DNA from: a bacterium
Lineage (GTDB): Bacteria; SM23-31
DNA: 64,000 nucleotides
Direction: 5' to 3'
Assembly: GCA_028278455.1 (NCBI GenBank)
Contig: JANQEH010000308.1
Coordinates: forward strand, 13,491 to 77,490
Shown: positions 8,526 through 18,708 of the stretch, piece after piece
Layout of the letters: every line of letters starts with the position of its first letter
How positions within the stretch are numbered: position 1 is the stretch's first letter
Translations under genes and position numbers: made by a program
Notes under the pieces: model-generated
Database searches by the model: none
Told to the model about the DNA's origin: nothing
What the model saw: the letters and a program-made list of their open reading frames with translations, nothing else

Positions 8526-10869
8526 TTAATTTTTCCTGGATGGAGGTTGATTTTCCGTCTTTCAGAGGTTTGTCGCTATCCGGATATTCGAGCCTGACAT
8601 GGAACATACCTGTCAGGATTTTTATAAAGCTGTCGGCGATTGCCCTAAGATCCTTGAAAGTTAGCTCGCAGGAATCGAGCTGCCCTTCCCGGAATCTCTG
8701 TTCTATAACAGAGTTGACCCTCTCTTTGATTCTCGATGGTGATGGCTCCTTCAAGGCTCTTGTAGCGGCCTCCACACTGTCCGCAAGCATAACGATCCCA
8801 GTCTCTTTCGTAAGAGGTTTCGGCCCCGGATAGCTGTAGTCTGCGGGATTGATATATTTATCTCCTGACTTCTCTCTGGCTTTTTCATAGAAAAAAGATA
8901 TCTTTCCTGTACCGTGATGCTGCATAATAAAATCCTTAATGACTTCCGGGAGCTTATATTTATCTGCAATCTCGATCCCTTCCCTTACGTGAGAAGAAAT
9001 GATAAGACTGCTCATACTCGGTGCAAGCGCTTCATGTTTTTTCATGGAATCAGGCTGGTTTTCGATAAAATATTCGGGTTTGACCATTTTACCGATATCA
9101 TGATAATAACAGCCGACCCTTGCAAGCAGAGAATTTGCTCCGATTGCTTCCGCAGCGCTCTCCGACAGGTTGCCGATAACTATACTGTGGTGGTAAGTAC
9201 CGGGAGCTTTAATGGCAAGATCTCGTAGCAGCGGCCGGTTCTGATCAGACAGTTCGAGAAGCGTCATATCTGTGGCTACGCCGAAGATTATCTCGAACAC
9301 AGCTATGAAGCCGAGAGTTATCAGAGGAGAAAAAACAGCATTCGGGAGTCCGAATTTCAGTACTGTCCATGAGATATCGGAAACCTGGACAAGGCGCATC
9401 ATACCTATAATGTATAATACAGCAGTATATGTAATCGCGACATATAATGCCGTCTTGAAGAATTGGCTTCTGTTTCTGATTCTCCTTACAGTGAGTATGG
9501 CTGCGGCACCACCAGACAGTGTAAAAAGTACTATACCTATATCATTGCCCAGATATCCTCCGAGCAGAAGTGCGATAACCAGGGTACCGTAAAAGCCGAC
9601 TTCCCCATCAAAGATCACCGCAAGCAGCATCGATCCGATCACAGTGGGGATCAGATATTCCGAAAGCTGGAATTGCTGAAGAATTAGATAGATGAAAATG
9701 ATCTGGACCAGAAAAATAAGGAAAAGCATTGTAACCTGCTTATTGTTTTTAACGATTGCAGGTTTAAACAAGTACAGATAGATCGAGAAGATCAGGAATA
9801 TGATCGCCAGAAAACCCGATTGTCCGGTATAATATGTCAACTGGGCGAACGGTCCTCCCACGAGTCCTTTTTCCGAAAGGAACAACCTGAGTGATTCGAT
9901 CTTCCGTGAGTGATCCTCAGTAACACGTTCATGTCTGTCTATAATCCTTTCATTCTCGTATACGAATCCGCGTGTAAGGGGGACATTAGCTATTGCCTCA
10001 TTTCTCAACCTTTCTGTTTCTCCCGGATCATACTTGATATTGGGAATCAGGAAATTCTGAATGATCTCGAGCCCTACATTAATGGAAGCGCTCTGCAGGG
10101 GATATAGAGCCTGAAGCCTGCTGGTGATTTCACTGATCGATTCTGCCTGGTCAGTAAATGCATTGATACTTCTTATGGTATCTCTATTCTCTTCAATGAG
10201 AATAATGCTGATACTGTTGAATTCTGCCCTGTTCTTCTGAACATTTACCATTCCCACCGATATAATATCTCTGAGTATCTGAACGCAATTTCTCTGGAAT
10301 ATCTGGAGCGAATCCGAAGGGATATTCCTAATGAATGACCAGTTCTGATTTTCAATATCAATATTATATTTCTGCCTGAAATCATTTCTGATGGCATCAA
10401 GCTGATTATCAAGCCTTACCAATCTCAGGGAATCGGTTTCCGAAAGGCTCCTTGAACGGTTTGCCAATCCACTCCAGTCATTGTTCAGAGAAAGGTATAT
10501 CGCTAGCTCATCAAAGAAAAGCTGCAGGCTTGCCTCAGCCTGTTCTTCTGCATCTGTATCCCTGAAGAATCTTGGAAGGACGCTCCTCTGGGCTTCATCC
10601 TTTTCACTGTTAATCTCTTCGTCGGTTTTAACAATAGGAAATGTTTCTGGAGCGATGATTTCCTCGAGAGCTACGGTACCGACCTGGTACTCTGAGTACC
10701 TCGAGGATTTATCCCTTGGAAAGAAATAAGTACCGGTGAAGATTATCAATACCAGCAGAAGAATACTGTAAGAATTCTTTAATGTTCTCCTGAGCTTTTC
10801 GTTGTGCTTCCAGAAGCTCTCTCTGGGCTTTACAATTTTGAATATTTTCTGCAGTGAAAATTTTCCCAT
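8509..10869 (-). CDS. 7TM receptor with intracellular HD hydrolase domain (YqfF/PgpH family, putative cyclic-dinucleotide phosphodiesterase)
   Basis: Large extracellular N-terminal region, a 7-helix hydrophobic block, then the HD/HDIG motif (…HHSIVIGNLSESAAEAIGAN…YYHDIGK…). It overlaps ybeY by 17 nt, the canonical yqfF-ybeY synteny. Confidence 0.85.
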   Translation of the reverse strand: MGKFSLQKIFKIVKPRESFWKHNEKLRRTLKNSYSILLLVLIIFTGTYFFPRDKSSRYSEYQVGTVALEEIIAPETFPIVKTDEEINSEKDEAQRSVLPRFFRDTDAEEQAEASLQLFFDELAIYLSLNNDWSGLANRSRSLSETDSLRLVRLDNQLDAIRNDFRQKYNIDIENQNWSFIRNIPSDSLQIFQRNCVQILRDIISVGMVNVQKNRAEFNSISIILIEENRDTIRSINAFTDQAESISEITSRLQALYPLQSASINVGLEIIQNFLIPNIKYDPGETERLRNEAIANVPLTRGFVYENERIIDRHERVTEDHSRKIESLRLFLSEKGLVGGPFAQLTYYTGQSGFLAIIFLIFSIYLYLFKPAIVKNNKQVTMLFLIFLVQIIFIYLILQQFQLSEYLIPTVIGSMLLAVIFDGEVGFYGTLVIALLLGGYLGNDIGIVLFTLSGGAAAILTVRRIRNRSQFFKTALYVAITYTAVLYIIGMMRLVQVSDISWTVLKFGLPNAVFSPLITLGFIAVFEIIFGVATDMTLLELSDQNRPLLRDLAIKAPGTYHHSIVIGNLSESAAEAIGANSLLARVGCYYHDIGKMVKPEYFIENQPDSMKKHEALAPSMSSLIISSHVREGIEIADKYKLPEVIKDFIMQHHGTGKISFFYEKAREKSGDKYINPADYSYPGPKPLTKETGIVMLADSVEAATRALKEPSPSRIKERVNSVIEQRFREGQLDSCELTFKDLRAIADSFIKILTGMFHVRLEYPDSDKPLKDGKSTSIQEKLIDKPD

Positions 10870-10878
10870 ACAGGATCT

Positions 10879-12018
10879 TTATTCTTTAAAAAGCATTTTA
10901 GCTATCAAAAGCCTCTGTATTTCAGAAGTACCTTCACCGATCTCACAGGCTTTTGCGTCTCTGAAAAGTCTTTCAACAGGGTATTCCTTAGTATATCCAT
11001 ACCCGCCGTGAACCTGGATCGAATCCCGTGCAATACTTGTTGCGATCTCTGAAGCGTAGAGTTTTGCCATCGAGGCTTCCTTTATAAAATCCTTCCCGGC
11101 ATCTTTAAGCTGAGATGCTTCATAGATCATCAATTTTGCGGCGTGTATCTGCGTGGCCATATCTGCGAGCATCATACTTATAGCCTGAAATTTTCCAATG
11201 GGTCTTCCAAACTGCTGACGGTCTTTAGCATAACTAAGTGCCGCCTCGTATGCTCCCTCGGCTATTCCGAGTGAAAGAGCGCCTACACTTATCCTGCCGC
11301 CGTCAAGTATCTCCATTGCATAATAAAATCCTTTACCTTCTTCTCCAAGAAGATTTTCATCGGGAATAAATACATCATCAAAATTTACCTGTCTCGTATC
11401 TGAAGCTCTCCAGCCCATTTTCTTTTCTTTCGGGGCTACGGAGATACCGGGAGTATTACTCTCGAGGATAAATGCAGATATTTCGTTTTTTTCTTCTGAT
11501 TTCTTTGTGATTGCAAAAACAATGTAGACGTCGGCAAAACCGGCATTTGTAATGAAGGCTTTTCCGCCGTTTAGATTGTACCCTCCGTCTACTTTCTCTG
11601 CATATGTTTTCAGCGATTTCACGTCTGATCCCGTTTCCGGTTCAGTAAGGCAGAAGGATGCCAATGATTGGCCTGAAGCGAGTTTCGGTAGATACTTTCT
11701 CTTCTGGTCTTCATTTCCAAACATGTAAATAGGATAAGTACCAAGTGAGATGTGAGCTGCAACAGTTATCCCATGAGAGGCACAGACTTTACTGAGCTCT
11801 TCAACAACTATGGAATATGATACTGTGTCCATTCCTGCTCCGCTATATTCTTCCGGGAAAGGAACACCCAGAAAACCAAGTTCTCCCAGTTTCTTGATTG
11901 TTTCTTCAGGGAAAGTCATGTCCTCGTCGATCTTTCCTGCAATCGGTCTGATCTCATTTTCTGCAAAATCTCGGATAACATCCTGGATCATTTTTTGATC
12001 TTCAGTAAGTGTCAGCAT
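10879..12018 (-). CDS. Acyl-CoA dehydrogenase (short/medium-chain type)
   Basis: 379 aa with a typical ACAD N-terminus (…EDQKMIQDVIRDFAENEIRP…) and a C-terminal catalytic region (…EIGEGTSEIQRLLIAK). Confidence 0.9.
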   Translation of the reverse strand: MLTLTEDQKMIQDVIRDFAENEIRPIAGKIDEDMTFPEETIKKLGELGFLGVPFPEEYSGAGMDTVSYSIVVEELSKVCASHGITVAAHISLGTYPIYMFGNEDQKRKYLPKLASGQSLASFCLTEPETGSDVKSLKTYAEKVDGGYNLNGGKAFITNAGFADVYIVFAITKKSEEKNEISAFILESNTPGISVAPKEKKMGWRASDTRQVNFDDVFIPDENLLGEEGKGFYYAMEILDGGRISVGALSLGIAEGAYEAALSYAKDRQQFGRPIGKFQAISMMLADMATQIHAAKLMIYEASQLKDAGKDFIKEASMAKLYASEIATSIARDSIQVHGGYGYTKEYPVERLFRDAKACEIGEGTSEIQRLLIAKMLFKE

Positions 12019-12109
12019 TAGAGACTCCTAAAAATATTTACAATTCTATAATCTAATAAATGTATATAAAATTTGTCAGGTATTCAGATCTCATTCATCT
12101 GCACAGAAA

Positions 12110-13540
12110 TCAATATGCTTTTGCGAATATAACTCTTTCCTTTGATGCGTTTCCGCAATAAAGGCACATGCCTTCTTCCCTCTCCTGGTTCATAGGTATC
12201 AACCTTATTGTTGCCATGGTTTCATTCTTCACCTTTTCCTCACATTCACCGGAACCGCACCAGTGAGCCGAATAAAAACCGCCCTCGTTTTCAATCCTGT
12301 CTTTGAAATCGGCGTAATCATCAATTGTAAATGTATTATCTTTCCGGAAATTCAACGCCCTGTCAAAAAGATTGTTATGAATTTCATCCAGGAGTTTTCC
12401 TGCTGTTGAAGGTACATCTTCCCATTTAACCTTGATCTTTTCTCTCGAATCCCTTCTTACCATTACAACGCTTTCATTTTCGACATCCTTGGGGCCTATC
12501 TCGATACGGATAGGAACACCGAGCATTTCCCATTCATTGAACTTCCAGCCAGGGCTGTACTGGTCCCTGTCATCGAATTTTACGGAAAAATCCTTTTTCA
12601 GCTCTTCAGTGATCTTTGATGCCGGAGTCAACACCTTGTCTTTTGCTTCATCGTCTCTCCATATTGGTACCATCACAATCTGGTTAGGGGCGAGTTTGGG
12701 AGGCATTATAAGCCCCTGGTCATCTCCATGCACCATGATAATTGCACCGATAAGCCGGGTACTGACACCCCAGCTAGTCTGCCAGACGTATTCCTGATTA
12801 CCATCTTTAGTCTGGTACTTGGTGTTGAATGCTTTTGCGAAATTCTGGCCGAGGTTATGAGATGTTCCAGACTGCAGGGATTTTTTGTCGCCCATCATTG
12901 CCTCGATACAGTAGGTATGTAGAGCTCCTGCAAATTTTTCAGCTTCCGATTTTATACCTCTAAGCACAGGGATCGCCATGTATTTCTCTGCGAAATCCGC
13001 ATATACACCGAGCATTCTGATAGTCTCATCTTCAGCTTCTTCGTAGGTAGCATGAGCCGTGTGACCCTCCTGCCAGAGAAATTCAGTTGTCCTTAAAAAT
13101 AGTCTTGTCCGCATTTCCCACCGTACAACATTGCACCACTGATTGATCAGTACCGGAAGGTCTCTGTATGAATTGATCCATTTAGAATACATCGAATTAA
13201 TAATTGTTTCAGAAGTAGGCCTGACCATCAGGCTTTCCTCGAGATCCTTTCCTCCTGCGTGTGTTACTACTGCGCATTCGGGTGAGAAACCTTCTACATG
13301 CTCGGCTTCCTTCTGCATAAAACTTTCCGGGATGAATACCGGGAAATAGGCGTTCACATGTCCCGTATCCTTGAACATCCTGTCCATCTGTGCCTGCATT
13401 TTTTCCCAAAGGGCAAAACCGTTCGGTCTTATCACCATGCAGCCCTTTACAGGTGAATAATCAGCAAGTTTGCTTTGAACAATCACATCAGTATACCATC
13501 GCGAATAATCGTCGGCTCTTTTAGTAATCTTATCTTTCAT
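12110..13540 (-). CDS. proS: Proline--tRNA ligase, archaeal/eukaryotic type (class II, ProRS type 3)
   Basis: 476 aa. N-terminus is …[38 protein letters not shown]. It has the C-terminal zinc-binding domain typical of the archaeal-type enzyme found in Bacteroidetes/Chlorobi and relatives. Confidence 0.9.
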   Translation of the reverse strand: MKDKITKRADDYSRWYTDVIVQSKLADYSPVKGCMVIRPNGFALWEKMQAQMDRMFKDTGHVNAYFPVFIPESFMQKEAEHVEGFSPECAVVTHAGGKDLEESLMVRPTSETIINSMYSKWINSYRDLPVLINQWCNVVRWEMRTRLFLRTTEFLWQEGHTAHATYEEAEDETIRMLGVYADFAEKYMAIPVLRGIKSEAEKFAGALHTYCIEAMMGDKKSLQSGTSHNLGQNFAKAFNTKYQTKDGNQEYVWQTSWGVSTRLIGAIIMVHGDDQGLIMPPKLAPNQIVMVPIWRDDEAKDKVLTPASKITEELKKDFSVKFDDRDQYSPGWKFNEWEMLGVPIRIEIGPKDVENESVVMVRRDSREKIKVKWEDVPSTAGKLLDEIHNNLFDRALNFRKDNTFTIDDYADFKDRIENEGGFYSAHWCGSGECEEKVKNETMATIRLIPMNQEREEGMCLYCGNASKERVIFAKAY

Positions 13541-13571
13541 ATCAGCATCAATTCCCGGTTTATATTGTGTA

Positions 13572-14198
13572 TTAGAATATGTTCTTAATAAAATTGAAAC
13601 GGAAGTCTATTCCACTGTAACTCTTTCGCGGTCCGAAATTCTCAAAGAACTCCATTACATGTCCCCCGAATGTTATCCCGAAAGACCTGTCTTTGGTATC
13701 TCCGAACTCAAGTCCGATTCCGAAAAACCCCCTTACTGTAGGGCGGATCGTCATTTTAGTCAGGTTTTCCGTAAAACCTCCACCCCTCGGGAATTCCAGG
13801 CCGAGTACCGGCCCGACCTCAGCGATAATAAACGGTCTCAGGGATTCATCGATTTGTTCACGCCACAGCCTCATCTTTATCCCTGCAATTATGGGTACAG
13901 AAAGCAGAAAATAATCAGGCCTTTGCCTGATATATCCCCAGTATGGATCATAATAAGAATACTGCTCGTCTTCATGCATTTTTGCTACCTGTATCCCAAA
14001 ACTTAGTTTTGTGTCCTCGTTACGATATTGAAAATGTCGCTTATATCCTCCTCCGAATCCCCTGGTAGAGAGATTCAGAAATATATCGGACTGTTTTGAG
14101 CCCTTGACAATCTGCTCATTGTTCTCTTCTTGCGCATTAGCTGAAGTAAAGAACAGTAAACACAGCAGAACTGTTAATATAATATTTTTATATTTCAC
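13572..14198 (-). CDS. Outer-membrane beta-barrel protein (hypothetical)
   Basis: The likely true start is GTG at 14198, preceded by GGAG, giving [25 protein letters not shown] as the signal peptide. The protein has alternating amphipathic strands and a C-terminal …[10 protein letters not shown] ending in Phe, typical of outer-membrane proteins. The ORF-track start at 14291 is probably too far upstream. Confidence 0.5.
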   Translation of the reverse strand: MKYKNIILTVLLCLLFFTSANAQEENNEQIVKGSKQSDIFLNLSTRGFGGGYKRHFQYRNEDTKLSFGIQVAKMHEDEQYSYYDPYWGYIRQRPDYFLLSVPIIAGIKMRLWREQIDESLRPFIIAEVGPVLGLEFPRGGGFTENLTKMTIRPTVRGFFGIGLEFGDTKDRSFGITFGGHVMEFFENFGPRKSYSGIDFRFNFIKNIF

Positions 14199-14565
14199 GG
14201 GATTGCTCCTTTTATTATGGTTCAAAATACGATTTTTTCGGTTAATTGAAAGCGAAAAATAAAATTCAGAATAACCTCCTATATTAATCAATTATTCCTG
14301 CAAATTCAATAATTTGTTATTCTACCGGCTGAAAAACACCCCCTTTCAATTTAAAGGCTGAAATAATGATACATCTTAAACGGATAAATATTTCTGTTTT
14401 TCAAATATTAATACGTATTGAATATTAGTTTTCACTTGATTGAGTTCAGTTATATGGTTAATTTCCTTTTCCTTTATATATACATTAACAACTCTAATAT
14501 AGATCAGGTTCATTTTCAATAAAGTTTCTCGATGATAATGATGGGCACTAAATCAGGAGGTTTAT

Positions 14566-15711
14566 ATGAGATCACTATGGATCTTCTTACTGATTATTTT
14601 TCAAAATCATGGTATCTTATCACAGGAAAATGAAAGATTTATACTGAATCCTGAAACACCAAAGTATACTGAGAAAGAGTGGTTGACGTTTGAAAAAAAA
14701 TATAGTATAGATGTGCTCGATTATGAGGAATATGAGATTACACTTGTCACAACTATGACAGCGGATGAAAAAGGTAATTTATTTATAGTATCGTTAGTAG
14801 ATAATGAAATATTTGTATTTGATACTCTTGGTAATTTTCTAAAGAAATATGGTGGAAGAGGCCAGGGACCGCGAGAACTTGAAAAACCATTTACTCTGGC
14901 CGTTAAGAATAATAAAATGTATGTTCATGAGATGCATAAAGGTCTTAAAATCTGGGATTCAGACGGTGAATACCTGGATTTTATCTTTTTTCCTCCTTCC
15001 AAAAGAGAACCTTATTATTATCCTTATCCCGATTATTACCTTATCCCATACCATGAATGGGATGAAGATCCCTTGAAAACCGGTAAATATATATTACACT
15101 ACTACTTTTCAATATTTGATTTAGAACTAAAAAAAATCTCAAATATAAATGAAATCGTAATTGATGCTCATAAAGTATACGGATTTTTACCGTCTGAAAT
15201 TATTGCTATCGATTCGGGGGATAATATTTATACACCTGTATCACATGACATCTACAAGATAAATAAATACAGTAAAGATGGTAAGTTTTTGTTTTCCTTT
15301 GGTAGAGAATATAAAAGAAAAGGGTACTCAAAAAGAACAAGAGACAGGTATTATGACAGGTATACAAAAAAATTCAAAAAAAGTAAACCTATCGCGTATA
15401 TGTTGCCACTGGTAATACCGGATTTTCCTCCGGTAGTAAGGCATTTAATGGTAGATGGAAGAAATAATATCTGGGTAGTATCCGGTGAATGGTACCGAGA
15501 TAACAGATGTGAATACAAGATAAAATCTACTATTGATATATTTTCAAATGATGGAGAATTTCTTTACACGTTTGAAACGGATAAAATTACTCCTCAGAGT
15601 TTTATTAAGAATAATTTGCTTTATTGCCACCCGCGAGGATTATTTTTTGAGTCAGAAGAAGAGGATTCAAAACTGAATGTTTATAATATTACGTACAAAA
15701 GACGGCCTTGA
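14566..15711 (+). CDS. Secreted NHL-repeat/6-bladed beta-propeller family protein, a divergent paralog of the 54940-58604 triplet
   Basis: Signal peptide present. Motif …GNLFIVSLVDNEIFVFDTLGNFLKKYGGRGQGPRELEKPF… parallels …GNIYILDSGNHRIQKFDPEGIFVRTFGVEGQGPGEFRYPS… of the downstream paralogs. The stop overlaps the start of the helicase gene (ATGA). Confidence 0.5.
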   Translation: MRSLWIFLLIIFQNHGILSQENERFILNPETPKYTEKEWLTFEKKYSIDVLDYEEYEITLVTTMTADEKGNLFIVSLVDNEIFVFDTLGNFLKKYGGRGQGPRELEKPFTLAVKNNKMYVHEMHKGLKIWDSDGEYLDFIFFPPSKREPYYYPYPDYYLIPYHEWDEDPLKTGKYILHYYFSIFDLELKKISNINEIVIDAHKVYGFLPSEIIAIDSGDNIYTPVSHDIYKINKYSKDGKFLFSFGREYKRKGYSKRTRDRYYDRYTKKFKKSKPIAYMLPLVIPDFPPVVRHLMVDGRNNIWVVSGEWYRDNRCEYKIKSTIDIFSNDGEFLYTFETDKITPQSFIKNNLLYCHPRGLFFESEEEDSKLNVYNITYKRRP

Positions 15712-18236
15712 TGACCAGAGAAACCAGTCTTGACAAATACATTCCGCAGGAATTCTGCGACAGCATAAAGGCTGAGATAGATTCAAATAGCGGTAATGAG
15801 GTCTTTTTCCAGGCAAAACAGGATTTATCCAGTGATATTTCAGAAGTAGTTCCCCTTGCCTGGGGAAATGAAACCTCTACTCCTGCCATACTTCAAAGGC
15901 TTGCACCGGGAGATGTTGTTCTCCATAACCACCCATCGGGTGACCTGAAACCATCCGGTCCGGATGTCCAGATTGCTTCTATCCTTGGAAATCAGGGGAT
16001 CGGATTTTATATAATAAATAATTCTGCAGACAGGGTGAATGTAGTCGTAAACAGGTTCACCCGGCCTGAAAAAGATGCACTCGATCCTGTCGAGATAGCC
16101 ACCATGCTTGATGAGGATTCGGCTGTCGCCAAAACATTAGAGGATTATGAACCGAGGGCAGGGCAGATGGAAATGGCTGCTGAGGTTGCCAGGAGCTTCA
16201 ATGAGGGTAATGTAGTGATGTATGAGGGAGGTACGGGAACTGGAAAAACCCTTGCCTATCTTCTGCCAGCCATAGTATGGTCTTTAAAAAACAAGGAACG
16301 CGTCCTCGTCTCTACAAAAACAATTAATCTGCAGGAGCAGATAATCTTCAAGGATATACCGTTCCTGAAAAAGGTAATAGATGAAGAATTTCTTTCAGTT
16401 CTTGTAAAGGGAAGGGGGAACTACTGCTGCCTGAGAAAAGCAGATTCCGAGGAACGGGATCTCGGATTGTTCAAGGAAGATGAGTCGTTCGATGAACTTG
16501 TCTCACTGATAAAATGGACAAAGAAGACAAAAGATGGATCATTGGCAGACCTGAATTATATACCGAAAGCCGATGTGTGGGACAGGCTTAAATGCGAGAG
16601 TGATACCTGTACCGGTGTCAGATGTGCATTTTATGAAGACTGCTTTCTTGTATCTGCAAGAAGGGCTGCGGCGCAGGCTAATATTCTTATAGTTAACCAC
16701 CATCTGCTTTTTTCAGATCTCTCACTTCGCGGCACACTAGGATCATTGGCAGATATTGCGGTACTTCCTCCTTATACCCGGGTAATCATCGACGAAGCGC
16801 ATCATACCGAAGATGTATCAACCGATTATTTCGGTGCGCAGGTTACGCAATCCGGACTGAAGCGCCTTCTTAGCAGGCTGGTATCGTTATCTAAAAATGG
16901 GGACAGAAAAGGAATCCTCCCAAGGACTGTGAAAAAGATCAAAGATCTTAAACAAAAAATGACAGACGAAATGAAATCCACCTGTGATATAATAGAGCGG
17001 GATCTGATCATTAAGAAAATGGAACTGGCGGAATTTGCTGAAGATATATTTGTCGATATGGGATCGTTTCTGAAACTGAGAGAAAACAGTTTGGAAGAGC
17101 AGAAGCAATTCATGATGGATGGGAGATTTTCAGGGGATGAACACTGGCAGTCGGTTATAACTATAAAAGTGAAAGGTTGGATTAAGAAAGCGGAGGAATA
17201 TACGGTAACCCTGAATTCGGTTATCCAAGACCTCGCTGAAATCGAGGAATCGCAGAAGATCGGGATAGAAAACCTGATCATCGAGCTTCAATCAATGGTC
17301 AGGAGGATCGCCGGTGCAGCGGATTCATTTAATTACCTGATGTTCGAGGATGATAAAAGCGTTGTTAAATGGCTGGAGTTCAGCGAACAGGGGAGGTCTC
17401 TGAAGATCTGTTCAGCTCCAATAGATGTCGGGGAGTACCTTGTAAGATCTCTTTATGAACCTTTCGATACGGTTGTAATGACTTCGGCAACATTGACCGT
17501 CGGCGGAGAATTCAGCTTTCTCAAATCGAGGCTTGGCGTGGATACGGTTGAAGAATACCGGGTAGAATGCAGGCATTTTCCTTCTCCCTTCGATTTCGAG
17601 AATCAGGTGCTGATCGGAATTCCCCTGAATAATTTTGCACCTGATCACCCAAAATTCAATTCAACAGCAAGAAAACTCATAACCGATTCCCTGAGAGTAT
17701 CTAATGGAAGGGCATTTGTGCTTTTTACTTCCTACAATGCAATGAACGATGCATACAATTACGCGAAGGAAGAATTGTATGATGAAGATATAAAACTGCT
17801 GAAACAGGGAATAGACACCAGAACAGCACTTCTTGATCAGTTCAAAAGGGAGAGGGCAGCTGCCCTTTTCGCAACCGATTCCTTTTGGGAAGGGGTTGAT
17901 GTTATCGGGGATGACCTCGAATCGATAATCATTGCGCGATTGCCGTTCAAGGTCCCTACAGCTCCGATAGAAGTTGCAAGGAGGCAGGCAATTGAGGCAG
18001 CAGGTGGAAATTCATTCATGGATTATACCGTACCCCAGGCGATTATCAAGTTCAAGCAGGGATTCGGAAGGCTTATAAGGCACAAGAATGACAGAGGTAC
18101 AATCCTTGTACTCGATAACAGGATTGTCAGTAAATTTTACGGGAAGGTATTCCTCGAATCTCTTCCGAAATGCGGTATGACTATCGGAAGAGATGATATT
18201 GTGTTCAAATCCTTCAGAGAATTCTATGAGGCCTGA
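15708..18236 (+). CDS. dinG: DinG/XPD-family Fe-S DNA helicase with an N-terminal RadC-like JAB/MPN metalloprotease-fold domain
   Basis: Walker A YEGGTGTGKTLAYLLPA. Fe-S Cys cluster (…NYCCLRK…CESDTCTGVRCAFYEDC…). DEAH box VIIDEAHH. C-terminal helicase motifs are present. The N-terminal ~140 aa carry the RadC JAMM signature VLHNHPSGDLKPSGPD (HNHPSG-x3-PS-x2-D). Confidence 0.8.
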   Translation: MMTRETSLDKYIPQEFCDSIKAEIDSNSGNEVFFQAKQDLSSDISEVVPLAWGNETSTPAILQRLAPGDVVLHNHPSGDLKPSGPDVQIASILGNQGIGFYIINNSADRVNVVVNRFTRPEKDALDPVEIATMLDEDSAVAKTLEDYEPRAGQMEMAAEVARSFNEGNVVMYEGGTGTGKTLAYLLPAIVWSLKNKERVLVSTKTINLQEQIIFKDIPFLKKVIDEEFLSVLVKGRGNYCCLRKADSEERDLGLFKEDESFDELVSLIKWTKKTKDGSLADLNYIPKADVWDRLKCESDTCTGVRCAFYEDCFLVSARRAAAQANILIVNHHLLFSDLSLRGTLGSLADIAVLPPYTRVIIDEAHHTEDVSTDYFGAQVTQSGLKRLLSRLVSLSKNGDRKGILPRTVKKIKDLKQKMTDEMKSTCDIIERDLIIKKMELAEFAEDIFVDMGSFLKLRENSLEEQKQFMMDGRFSGDEHWQSVITIKVKGWIKKAEEYTVTLNSVIQDLAEIEESQKIGIENLIIELQSMVRRIAGAADSFNYLMFEDDKSVVKWLEFSEQGRSLKICSAPIDVGEYLVRSLYEPFDTVVMTSATLTVGGEFSFLKSRLGVDTVEEYRVECRHFPSPFDFENQVLIGIPLNNFAPDHPKFNSTARKLITDSLRVSNGRAFVLFTSYNAMNDAYNYAKEELYDEDIKLLKQGIDTRTALLDQFKRERAAALFATDSFWEGVDVIGDDLESIIIARLPFKVPTAPIEVARRQAIEAAGGNSFMDYTVPQAIIKFKQGFGRLIRHKNDRGTILVLDNRIVSKFYGKVFLESLPKCGMTIGRDDIVFKSFREFYEA

Positions 18237-18649
18237 TTCTGTTTTTCGACAATCTCGGCGTTCAATTTATAACCGGTTCCTTTAATTGTCTCTATAAATC
18301 CAAACCGGCCAATCCTGCCTTCGAACTCTATTCGTACTTTCTTCCTTATCCGGCTCACTGTACTGATAATTGCTTTTTCCCCGATAAAAATCCCTGAAAG
18401 CCAGAGAGTTTTTCTTATTTCCTGGATATTCATGGATCTTTTTTCCACAGCAGATGTGATCAGGATTTTTACGATTTTGCCGGATATCGGTCCGAAAGAG
18501 ATATCGTGTCCGTTAATAATGTAGGACTGATCGTTTTCAGACTGGCTAAGCATAATACAGTCAGGCTTTCCTGATCCTCCTGCCGGATCGATAACAATTT
18601 CCGGATTGAATTCCTCTGCAGTTTCAATCTGTACGTTTTTTTGATTCAA
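18224..18649 (-). CDS. Stand-alone OmpR/PhoB-type winged-helix DNA-binding domain protein
   Basis: C-terminal half …ISGKIVKILITSAVEKRSMNIQEIRKTLW…ISTVSRIRKKV…IETIKGTGYKL matches the Trans_reg_C consensus. There is no receiver domain. It is the last gene of the ABC operon. Confidence 0.55.
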   Translation of the reverse strand: MNQKNVQIETAEEFNPEIVIDPAGGSGKPDCIMLSQSENDQSYIINGHDISFGPISGKIVKILITSAVEKRSMNIQEIRKTLWLSGIFIGEKAIISTVSRIRKKVRIEFEGRIGRFGFIETIKGTGYKLNAEIVEKQNQAS

Positions 18650-18708
18650 TATGACACCCGATAAAAAATGCGCTTTCAGATATCGGTAATTTAAATATTT
18701 CTGTTAAT

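Noticed and set aside
12110-13540. Archaeal/eukaryotic-type ProRS as a horizontal-transfer oddity
   Set aside because: This enzyme type is the established norm in Bacteroidetes/Chlorobi and several other bacterial phyla. It is informative for taxonomy but not novel.
14566-18650. DinG helicase neighbourhood as a defence island (type IV CRISPR-Cas or other DinG-containing systems)
   Set aside because: No cas genes, repeats-spacer array, nuclease/SIR2/TIR partners or mobile-element hallmarks are adjacent. The neighbours are a propeller protein and an ABC operon.
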